Source: Tricharina praecox (taxonomy: Eukaryota). From it: DNA of 64,000 bases. A model generated the notes under the pieces. The model was not told where the DNA came from and did not search any database. It was given only the letters and a program-made list of their open reading frames with translations. A program made the position numbers and the translations under genes. The stretch lies in contig NW_026250410.1 in NCBI RefSeq assembly GCF_024521635.1, positions 124,001 through 188,000 of the forward strand, given 5' to 3'. The stretch's first letter is position 1; each line of letters opens with the position of its first letter. Below are positions 22,247 to 32,252 of this stretch, piece by piece.

Positions 22247-25200
22247 TTACTCCTGCGGAGCCCATCCAACCCAGTTACGGCCCGCGACCCTCCACACCTT
22301 AACCTCGCCACTCCTGAGATCCCCAATCTTGAAACTCTCCAATTTCACCTTCCTCGACTCCCTGCCCTGCTCATATGCTCTAATCTTCTTCTTTGTCCCA
22401 TCCCAGTCCATGACCACCGCCACATGCTCGGGCTTTCCGACCTCTACCGAGTACTTCTGGTGCAGCCCACCCTTGTGGCCTTGGAACCGTGTGTTACGGA
22501 AAGTGATGATGTCTCCAGGTCTGATCTCGTCGAATTGCTGCGTGGAGGCATTGGCCAGGTTGGCGTAGACAAGACAGCCGAAAGCCCGGGTTCCTACGGG
22601 CAGCAAAGCCTCTGGAACCAGTGTGAATAGCTCTTTGATAAGCGACATTGGATCTCCGTCCCCGACGACAGCTCCCTCGCGAGATTTAACACCATTGAAA
22701 ATCTTAGCTCCATACTGCGCTTGGAAATCCTCCAGTTGGTCCTGGCGGGGCTGAGACGGCGGTGCTTCGTGACGTTGCGTGACAGTGGCGTTTGAAGGGT
22801 CATCGCGGTCGTAGCGGACACTGATTACCGTCTGGGAGTAGTCGTGGAACAGAACATACACCTCTTTCTGAATTACCATTCGTCCCGAATCGGCATGAGG
22901 TGTTTCGTCCATCTCGTATCTCAGATCCTTGCCGCGAGTCTGCAGCGTGGGAGGAAGCGCGTTCGTCTTTATCCACCACACAGAGCCCTCTCCGAGGTCG
23001 ATGTCGCGCGCGACATAGTCCGAGTGTGGCCGACTTTGATCCATAGAGCGCCGGCTGCCCATGCCACCACGCGGCACATCCATTGAAGCACGAGAGCCCG
23101 TAGGTCGTGGGGAGTCAAATGACGTGCGCCCGGACCCGCCGCGGGACGCATCCATCGATGGCCTGGAACCGCCGCGTGATGGAAGTCTCTCTCCTGGAGT
23201 CGATGGCGGATGGGGAGGCGCAGCATGTGGCAGGGGAGGTGGAGGGGACGAGTATTGTCCTGGGGGAGGAGGTGGTGGGGGCAGAGCATTAGGTGGTTGG
23301 TATGCGGACGTTGGCGAGTTGTAGCTATAAGGATCGTACGGTTCGTCCCCGCTGTCATCGTCGTCGTCTGACACCGGAAGGGCTGCGGGTGCCTGCGGGG
23401 GAGGGGGAGGAGGGGGAGCTCTGGGCATGTCTATGCTCGACCGTGCCGCCGGAGTTGGGTTTGAGGGGATAGGAGGCGGTGGCGGGACCGCGCGTGTTGG
23501 AGCCTGGACCGGAGTGACGATTGGCGAGGGCAGTGGTGTATCGTCTTGACTGGGGTCACGACGTTCCTTTCCATGCTGAGCGGTTAGGGCATCCCGATGC
23601 GCAACCTTGTTTGCGATATCCGTATCATAATCTGCCTCGTATTCCGTCACCTCTTCATCGGTATCAGACCGCGACTCATCGTGACTCTGTCGCTCTGGTA
23701 CAGGAGGTGGAGGCGGAGGCCTGGTGACAGCAGGTGTCGTAGGGAATGCGCCGGGAACTGGAGGAATCGATCCGGCAGCTCTCTGATAACTAGCGCGCTT
23801 GTTTGCGGCAGCGTTAGGAGAAAGCGGCGTGCTCCCACCAGGTGACATCGGCGCGTTACCAAAGTAGGACTGTGACTGACGTCTGGGCGGTGGAGAGGAT
23901 GGCGACATCATACCCGTGCCCGAAGACGAAGGGCGAGACGAGACCGGCGGCGGCGGAGGAGGAGGCGCACTTCGTGGCTGATCTGCATTTACGCTTCCTT
24001 TGCTGGTCGTGGTTGTTGACATCTCATCGCCCGACTCAGACCCTTCAGAGGGTGTCTTCGTCTGTACTGGCGGCGGTGGGGGTGGAGCCGGACGGCCTGT
24101 AGTCTCGTCAATTACCGGATGAGCTACGGATGCCGTTCAGTTGAACCTACCTTCAGGAGCCGTTGGGGGGCGAGGAACAGGACGTTCGGTTGGGGGAGGT
24201 GGTGGTGAACCAGGTACATCTGAGTAGTTGGAATCAGCGCCAAAGTAAACTATGAAAGTATGATGAAACAAATTACCGTCGTGGGCAGTCGGCGGAGACC
24301 GCGGAGGCATTGGCCGTGGGCCGTGGGGGTGCTTCTCCGTCGGCTTCATGTCTTCCAGATCCACAGGCTCATCGGCAGGTAAATCCTCTGAAATTCTGTG
24401 GCCGGCCGGCGCTTGCCTGGACTGGTCCTCCTCCTCTTCCGGCTCATGCTCCACTGCTGGCGGCGATTGAACTCTGGGCATGGCAAATGGCAGCACTGGA
24501 ACTGGAGCACGAGGGACCTCGGGGGACCTCTCTTCTTCGTCCTCGCCAGTTATGGATTTACCGCCAGTGCTCTTCTTCTTTTTTGCCGGTGCGCCCATCG
24601 GGATTCCTAGGGGCGGACCAAACATCCCATGCATTCCCATGCCACCACTCATCTTCATCATTCTTTCCCTAAGCGCTATCTTCCTCTGAAGCTCAGGATC
24701 GATCTCTTCCTCCTCCTCGTCATCCGAATCCGGTACATCTGGAGTATCGTTTGCACCTTCATCGTCACCGAAGTCCGATTGATGCGCAGGGGCTGTACGA
24801 CGAACTCTTGCCTCACTTGGGCCGACCGAAGCCGAGGAAACATCCGCATCGCCGACGCTGCTATCATCCGCGATCTCCTCCCGTTTGATATCCATGCTCC
24901 TCTGGGCTCTGGGCGGCGGCGGCGGAACGTTTTCCTCTTCTACGTCTACCACTTTCTCGGGCCGCGGCTCATCGTGGGATTTCCTGCCAGTCTCGGTAGT
25001 TGCAGACAGCGGGGAAGTGATTTCGGCCTCTTCCGGCTGCTGCTGCTGCTGCTGTTGCTCGCTCTTTTCACTCGTCACTCTCTTGGGCTTGGGCCGTGGC
25101 TTTGGCTTCACGCCTGGCAAAGCGCTGGGATCCAACTGCTGGGTTTGTAGCAAAGCGATTCTTTCCTTCAAGCTCTGCTTCGGTACGTTTTCCTCCTCAT

Positions 25201-26002
25201 CGCGCTCGACGTCACCGGAAGCTTTAGCCGAGGGCTCCGCATGGGCAGGCGGTGGCGGCGGCGCCCCCTCATCTCTCTTGGGTTTTGCGACATGTGAGAT
25301 CGGTGGTGGGACATACGCATTCTTGCTGGGAGGTGGTGGGACGAACGGTTTCTTGACGAAATCCTGTCGAGGTTTAAGCGGATTGTAGGGAGTGACCGGA
25401 GCTGCGCCTCCCTTGTTGAACAGAGCAAGGCGATCCTTAAAAGAGCTCGACGACGGCTTATCCGGAGGTGGAGGCTTATTCGACGGACCCGGTTTATCGG
25501 CCGCAGCTTGGGCAGGAGGAGGCGGGGGTTTCGCGGCAGCTTTCGGCGCTAACGATCGGGGTGCTTCCACCTGTTTCGGCAACTCAGCAGGCGGCGGCGG
25601 CGGAGGAGATCTCGTCTCGACGAGTTTGGAAATCGGGGGCGAAAAGGGAACGGGATCCGGCTTCTCGATAGGTGGCGGGGACATTGGCGGTGGAGCTACC
25701 CTCTCCGCGACAGGGCTCGTAGGCAGCTCTGGCTCGACCTCGGACTCGACCTTCTTTCGGGCACCGCTCCTCGTAGGCCTCGCTGGCACCTCGACCACAA
25801 TACGCTCTACAAAGTTCTTGGGGAATATTCCCTCCTTCTTGTCGCCTGTAGCCTTGTCCACGTATTCGCCGAAGTACCAATCGTCATCTTCGAGAGCCGA
25901 CACGGTGATTACGACATCGGCGGGGAAGTTGAGGTCGTCCGCGTGCGGAGACGTGTAGTCGAACAAGGCTTTGACCTTGAAGGGTGGTTCAGGGGAAGCC
26001 AT
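22247..26002 (-). CDS. BBC1: SH3-domain, proline-rich myosin tail region-interacting protein (Bbc1/Mti1)
   Basis: N-terminal SH3 (FKVKALFDY...DLNF...WYFG...GIFPKNFV), long Pro-rich linker, conserved C-terminal domain (EIRPGDII...VKVWRV). Introns 24220-24276 and 24097-24150 join the two ORFs in frame. Confidence 0.88.
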
Positions 26003-27259
26003 GATGCTCCGTCAGCAATGCCGGCGGCGACGGTATCCGGCAGATGGGTGGCAGACGTGGGGGGGGTAGGTGGGAAGGGAGGGTGTTTGCGGTAGCTGTA
26101 GGTGATTGAGGGGGATAGGTGTGTCGATGAGATGGGATGCTGCCGGAACGGGATGGAGAAGGGCAGCAGTCGTAGTGGGATGATTGCTTCACTGTGGGGG
26201 TGAAAGAGGGGGATGGAGTCTGTTGTGATGCAGGTTGCGAGCAGTGTTTTGCAGCAGTGCGGTTGCTGTGGTTGCTTAGTGTAGTGGGTGGGCGGCGGTA
26301 AAACGGGCGAGACTTCTTCCGGCTAGTGTCTACGTCAGCGCGGGGAGGAGGAGGGGGAGGGATGACTGCGATGGTTCGACGGAGGAACCGCCACGCCGAA
26401 GCTCTCGATTACCACCCTATCAGGGACGGAGAAGAAGAGAATGGGGAAAAGCTAGAGACTATTGAATAATCGGAGGGACTTTTTCGGCGGGTGTCGTACA
26501 CAGGATTAGGTCACATTTTATGCACTGGAAAGCACGAGCAAGCCAGGCCAGTCATCTACGAGAGTTTACGCTACCGGACTGACCCCGGTCCGACGATATC
26601 CAGCTCGGTTTCACCACGCGATCGAGAGTCAGAGGAATATTCACCGGATACCAAACATGTATTTTACCAATCTACAGCTTCATGGAAGCTTCTGTTGATA
26701 CCTGTACAATTTCGCCGGCTAGGACTTGTCTGAAACGCAGCCTCTCTGGATTTGGTAAATCACGGAGTATTCTATGTAGAAAGTGTGTTTCGAGATTCGG
26801 AGAACGGTTTTCATCCCGGCGTCCCTGAAATCGAATTCCATTCGCCGCTTCGATTTGTGTCCATTCTCTGAACTCCATAGAGCATTAAAGTTCCTCAAAG
26901 TTGCTCGAGGAGCAGTTGGTTGGAAATTAACGTCATGTCGGCGGGTCTTCACTGACGATCACTCACGCCAAGCAATATACCAAGGATGCGAGCACCTGCT
27001 AGATCTAGCGCCCAGGCATTCACCTTTCATGACCCGACCTGCCAGTAGTTTTGCAGTTGAACCAGTTATCCAGTTCAACCGTTTGCTCGGTCGGTTCGTT
27101 CTTAACTGTTTGTTTGTTTGGTGGATTCTGCGTATCCAGTTAGTTGGAATGTTGCTCTTCGAAATCTGCTTCATTTGTCAGTTCTATGTAACCGGTGCAA
27201 GCTCGATCGAGTGCTAGCCTGGAAGCATAAGCGTGGGCAAGCTTGGTACTCCTAACGTC

Positions 27260-27390
27260 AACTGTCAGGACTTGCTGTCAATTCCAGCCATGTCATCGGA
27301 ACCGAAACGCATGTTCTCTGATCATCCAGGTGACCGTCACTCGCCGCACTCTGATACAATTGAGGATTTGGATTACCTAAAAAGCTACCA
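27260..27390 (+). pseudogene. hAT transposase dimerisation-domain relic
   Basis: QDLLSIPAMSSEPKRMFSD...DTIEDLDYLKSY. Confidence 0.75.
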
Positions 27391-27956
27391 CTGCAATTTG
27401 ATATGTTCTAGGTCGCTGAAACGCCAGATGACTCCGTTTCCAGATTGGCCGGCCCATTCGTAGACTGGCGAGACCGGCGAGACTTCATGGCAAGTCAGCT
27501 CCATGAGAATATGCGAGTTGACTAGAAAGGCATCGAGGAGGAAGAAGAATAACGACAACCAATTTCGACAGGTCCGCTGATGAGTTGTGTAGAGTATTCA
27601 GCTCGGCGCTGGCCCGCTACTTCCACGCTGTTCATGTGGTTGTTGTAATCATCTTCCGTTCTGTGTCTCCAAGACCCGGCGGACAGCAGCAGCATTGGTA
27701 CTGGTTGTTCGCGGCTTGCGGCTTGTGCCGTAGCTTGAGTGTGGCCTCGTTCCGCGGATGAACTGTTGTAAGAAAGCGGACAATATTGCTATCCTCCCAT
27801 GGTCCTCAGGAGCTTCAAGGCAACGACAAAGCTGAAAGATCGCCGAACGAGTGCAGTGGGTGTCAACTCTGTGGCCTGCTGAAGACCGCCAATCGAGTGG
27901 ATGCGAGATGTGTATAGCCAGTCGAGGATGTAGCCGGCGTCACAGATGTAGGCAGC

Positions 27957-29308
27957 GGCGCCACATCGGGCTGGGTAGTATCGGGGTCTCAACCCTCGGC
28001 CGACCAGAGTGGGCAGGAAAGGAGTGCGACGGTTCGCCATAATCTACACTGCAGTCGACGCATATGGAGAGTAGCAAAGGTGCTCGCCACCATCTCACGT
28101 TTGTCTCTGTTCCACGTTGTGGGATCGTATTCAATAATACTCACTCGCACTTCGAGTGACTCCGGGTGATGCCAAGCACATGCCGACACCTTGGAATGAA
28201 GCGGTTGTTTGCTGAAAAGCTAGCGTTGGAGTCGCGGCTAGTGCGCTAGCAGTGGTTGTTTGGAATCTTACCCACTTCACTTATAAAATCTCACCTTTCC
28301 TCCCAACTCTTCCTCCCTCTCCTCCACACATCCAGAACCAACCGCTATCCAGAACCAACCGCTATCCAGAACCAATCGCTATCCAGAACCAATCGCTATT
28401 CAGAACAATCAGTACCCATACATTAACCTTTTCCTCTTCTTTCCCGTGCGAGACCACCTACTTGTTGATTCATGCTACTGACTTATGATTAGTTTTCACG
28501 GTCTGATATCGGCCCCGAGGCCTACTCTTTGAGGTACGTGCTCTCTCCCCCCGCCCTCTTTTTACTTCCAGGATAACCTTACAGAGCTATCCTGCTCAGC
28601 CGTAGCAGCGAGGAACTGAGGGATCCGTGCAACCTGTCTACAAAGTAGACAGGTTGCAGCGACAATAGACGGATCCAACCCTCGAGGCTGAGTAGAAAAG
28701 GTCCAAGGACGGGGTTTTCTCTTCTGCTGCCGGCAAAGTTCTTTCCCCCTTCCTCCGGGAGTCCAAGTCGGGTGAGAGCCGACTTGCTCCCGTTGGATGG
28801 CCTCTCCGAGACTGGGTGACAGACGGTTTCGTGTTGACGAGGAAGAAAAAAACCAAGAAAGTATAACTTGGTTTACCACCCCCCAAGTTATACGCGTATA
28901 GCTTGGTCTACTACCCCCTCAGGTTATACGCGGAGGTTTTCTTCCTTTGCTGTGAGAGGGCAAAGGTCTTTCCTCCTGGCCATGCACGTCACATGTGTGA
29001 GAGACATGCCACGAGCATGCATGGCCAAGGCCCAAGAATCTCCGAAACCGGGCTGCAGACGGTTTCGTGATGATGAAACAAAAAAACCAAAGAAGGTGTA
29101 ACTTGGTCTACTACCGCCCCAAGTTATACACGCATAACGTGGTTTACTACCCCCCCACGTTATATGCGGAGGTCTTCTTCCTTTCAGAGCAAAGGTCTTT
29201 CCTCCGGCCATGCATTCAGTTGAGGCATGCATGCGCCATTGGCCATATGTTTTTGCTCTGGCCGCTGTGCGAGATGATGATATTGGCTTCTTAATCGACT
29301 GCGGTCTG
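27957..29308 (+). repeat. Hairpin-array element, copy 3 (array 28572-29308)
   Basis: 27957-28061 matches 12457-12562 and 28061-29308 matches 12947-14130. The 17-bp tandem TCCAGAACCAAYCGCTA is expanded at 28331-28408. Confidence 0.85.
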
Positions 29309-29313
29309 AAGGT

Positions 29314-29525
29314 CCTGAGCTGTTACAAGGATAGCAACCTTGGGGAGGACGCTCTTTTGCTGCGGTTCAAACTCGAGTTGCTACTTTCCTTTTCATTTCT
29401 TTCTTCTGGAATGGCTAACTGGCTAGGTAGATTGTTGCTTGGAGGGAGAATCATCACGAAATCATGGGAAAACACTCGTTCGTTGAGCACGTGATGTTTT
29501 TGAATGGGTGTCATGGAATTAATTC
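29314..29525 (+). repeat. tRNA-like/SINE-like repeat module directly downstream of hairpin array
   Basis: TAGCAACCTTGG at 29332, GGTTCAAACTC at 29364, then a T-rich tract. Confidence 0.65.
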
Positions 29526-29587
29526 AAAAGATCCTCACTACAACACACTCGCATCCTAGTTTCGCCAAAACGCCAAGCGCATGTAGT

Positions 29588-30196
29588 TATGGTGCCTGCG
29601 GTTTTGGAGGCCCATCTTTTCGCGATGCCTATTTCAAGCCAGCTAGCAGCCGACAGCAGATATGAAACCCAGGGTGTGGAAAAGTCACAGGTTAGTTATG
29701 TACCTTCCTATGGATTTGGATTCCTGGACATATGTTGGTGTGAAGTTCTTTTACAAGAAGAAGCCCTAGGTTTTGTATGCAAATCAAGCTCCAGTGCACC
29801 AAACTCTCACGAGTGGCGACTAATTTTCACTCTAAAGTCGAGTGTAGTGTAGTGGTCACACGTACTCGGTCGGAGTATGAACTTAAAGTTCGGAGAACTT
29901 TTCGGACCCGGAACTCAGCTGTTCAACTACCATCCGAAATACAGGCCGCCATATAGAGAATTCACCAGCAGATAGCTTGTCCCAGGATATGAATAGTCAA
30001 CCACCGGCAGTGATTGATTCTCATAGTGGAAAGGAACAGGTGTAGGTATACTAGTCACCGTGGAGTAGTGAAGTTGCATGTTTGAGAGTTGTCAGGTGAT
30101 CATTTTTGTTCTTGTGGTGGGGTCGGCTGTTGCCATGTAAACTTTCTGGGTGAAGAGCTAAAACCCACTGTGCCTTTCTAGACCGCAGGCACCATA
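29588..30196. mobile_element. MITE D, copy 1
   Basis: TIRs TATGGTGCCTGCGG ... CCGCAGGCACCATA. Reverse-complement homolog at 43662-44091. This copy has ~200 bp extra at ~29820-30025. Confidence 0.8.
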
Positions 30197-30558
30197 TATG
30201 TTCTTGGTGCGATTTCCTATGTTTTGGTAGGCGGCGGCGGTGTGAAGGGTGGTTCTAAACTCTTGCCAAGTTATCATTCCTCTAGATGACTATTTCTATT
30301 GAAAGGAAATGTAGTTCATTGCATACCGGGGACGGGCGAATGCTGTTGCTATCAAGATTTAGAACCTTTGCAAGAAAGTGGGTGGAATCACTCGACATCA
30401 CTCACCCCACTAGGGGATTGCAGGAACGGCCCTTCAAAAGTCTACCTTTAACCACCTTCTACTTCTCCTCCTACTTCATCCTACCAACCACTCGACACCA
30501 TAGAAACAGCATCCTACATCCCGAGTCTCCCATCACCACCACCACCACCACCATCAAA

Positions 30559-31107
30559 ATGTCCACCCACCCATCCAATCCGCCCCACCCGCCCAACCCG
30601 CCCATCAACGAGGACCCCCAGGTTATCGACGAAAAGGTGTTCATAGCTCTCCTGGAGCAGCAGATCCTCCGGCAGTTGCACGAACACGAGGAGCTCGTTC
30701 AGTTACACTCGGCCCGCGCCCCCTCCCCGCACGACGAGCCTGCATTCTCCCTGCACCGACACCACCACCAGCAGCTCCTATCGCAGCAGCAAGCGGCTCT
30801 CGACCGGTACCTCTCGCGAGACCTGATCGAATACATTCCGGCCTCCGTCCTCGTCGCCGAGCAGGCAGCGCTCGCTCGCCAAGTCCAGGAGCTGGAGCAA
30901 ACGCGCGTCTATGAGCTTACCGCGGCCGCTAACGAAAGGACCTGCTGGGTAAGGGTGTGCGCTACCCAGGCCTTCGCGAGAAAGGTCCGCCGGTGCGTCG
31001 CGGCCGCGGTCTTGGCTTGCGGCGTGGCGATTTTTGTACGTGACTTTGGGTGGAGGGGGCTGGCGATCGTGGTTTTTGCTGCGTTGGCGGTGAGGTTTGG
31101 GGCTTAG
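30559..31107 (+). CDS. Orphan protein with helical core and C-terminal hydrophobic hairpin (182 aa), paralog 1
   Basis: ATG in accatcaaaATGtcc context, shared with the paralog at 43121. LDRYLSRDLIEYIPASV aligns to FDRFLGEDVAAYTPAAV. Confidence 0.7.
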   Translation: MSTHPSNPPHPPNPPINEDPQVIDEKVFIALLEQQILRQLHEHEELVQLHSARAPSPHDEPAFSLHRHHHQQLLSQQQAALDRYLSRDLIEYIPASVLVAEQAALARQVQELEQTRVYELTAAANERTCWVRVCATQAFARKVRRCVAAAVLACGVAIFVRDFGWRGLAIVVFAALAVRFGA

Positions 31108-31234
31108 TAGGGTGGGGACCGGAGTGGTGAGGTGCGGAATGGTTACAATGGCTTGGGCGTTTGGTGGAAAGATTTGTGTGGAGAGTGGTGGGCTGAGGAA
31201 TACAATGGACTTGGCTTGCGGTTGGGTACTGTGT

Positions 31235-31271
<37 letters not shown>

Positions 31272-32252
31272 TGTGACCTGTCTCGCCGTGGTCTCTTCAG
31301 ACGCATGGATTTACGGATGCTCATATGTAGTAGGTAGTTGCCCAAGCAGCGAGCGCGAAACTAATGATTGAGGATATTTTCCTCTCTTCATATCCAGAGG
31401 CTCCCACATAGGGATGTGAGCGAGTATCCTCGAGTGATACCCGTCAAAACTCGGGAGGATTCCGAATTCCTGATTACTCTAGCACAGCGAGAGATCACCA
31501 AGCACTATGTAGTTCCAAGTTGGAAAGACCCTCCAAAGTCAAGACCCGCAGAGTATATGCGTCGGGACGAGTGGCATTCTACCAAATTACTCTACCATCA
31601 ACGACGAGTGATATCGAACGCATCACATGATACACCGATTCCTTTCTCGATTCCTCTTACCAAGCGTCAAGTCTCAAGAACTTCCAAGTCCCCCCTCTCC
31701 CTCCCCCTCCCCCTCCCCCCTGCAAGTCAATGAGTCAATAAGTCCACACACCAACGTTACCACCAGTCGAAAATCCAGTTCCAGTTCCAGTTCCAGTTTT
31801 CATTCCGCTACACCCGCACCACACCTTAGTACCTATCCCCTCTAAGTCCAATAGATCAAAGAAAGAAGTACTTACCTAGGTACCGTATACCTAGCAAGGT
31901 AAAAAACACACACAATTCGGATACCCGTCAGCCCATGATCAAGAGAACGAAAGAGCCATCAAATGCCAAGGATAGGTATCGTACAATGTAGCGGTAAAAG
32001 TAAAAGTAAAAGTAAAAGTAAAGTAAAGTAAGTCCCCCCATAAACAAAAACTCAAATAGATAAAAAAGTGAAACACAAGAATCAAAAGAAGAAGAAGAAG
32101 CAGAAACTGTTTACAAATGACCCGGCCCGTTGTAGGTACTTTTCCCTTTTCCCTTCTCCCGTCCCGTCACAAGTCACAAACATCAGCATAGCGTAAGTAA
32201 ACATAAACATCAATCATACATAGCGTACATAAGTAACAAACATCACATCACA

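Noticed and set aside
28861..29167. CRISPR array or integron attC sites
   Set aside because: Eukaryotic context with no cas or integrase gene. Spacers are near-identical and the hairpins (~33 bp) are too short for attC and lack L boxes.
28560..29310. Hammerhead ribozyme, U3/box C-D snoRNA or telomerase RNA
   Set aside because: No CUGANGA...GAAA core in the right topology found by eye. The ATGATGA...CTGA pair near 29274-29309 is not kept in the other copies. No CCCTAA template. A covariance-model search is still needed.
29321..29513. Classical solo LTR (TG...CA)
   Set aside because: Homology between copies continues past both putative ends and there is no 4-6 bp TSD.
31368..31733. Conserved ORF pair (with 41778-42107)
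   Set aside because: No ATG start in the shared part, many radical substitutions, and similarity is explained by the segmental duplication.
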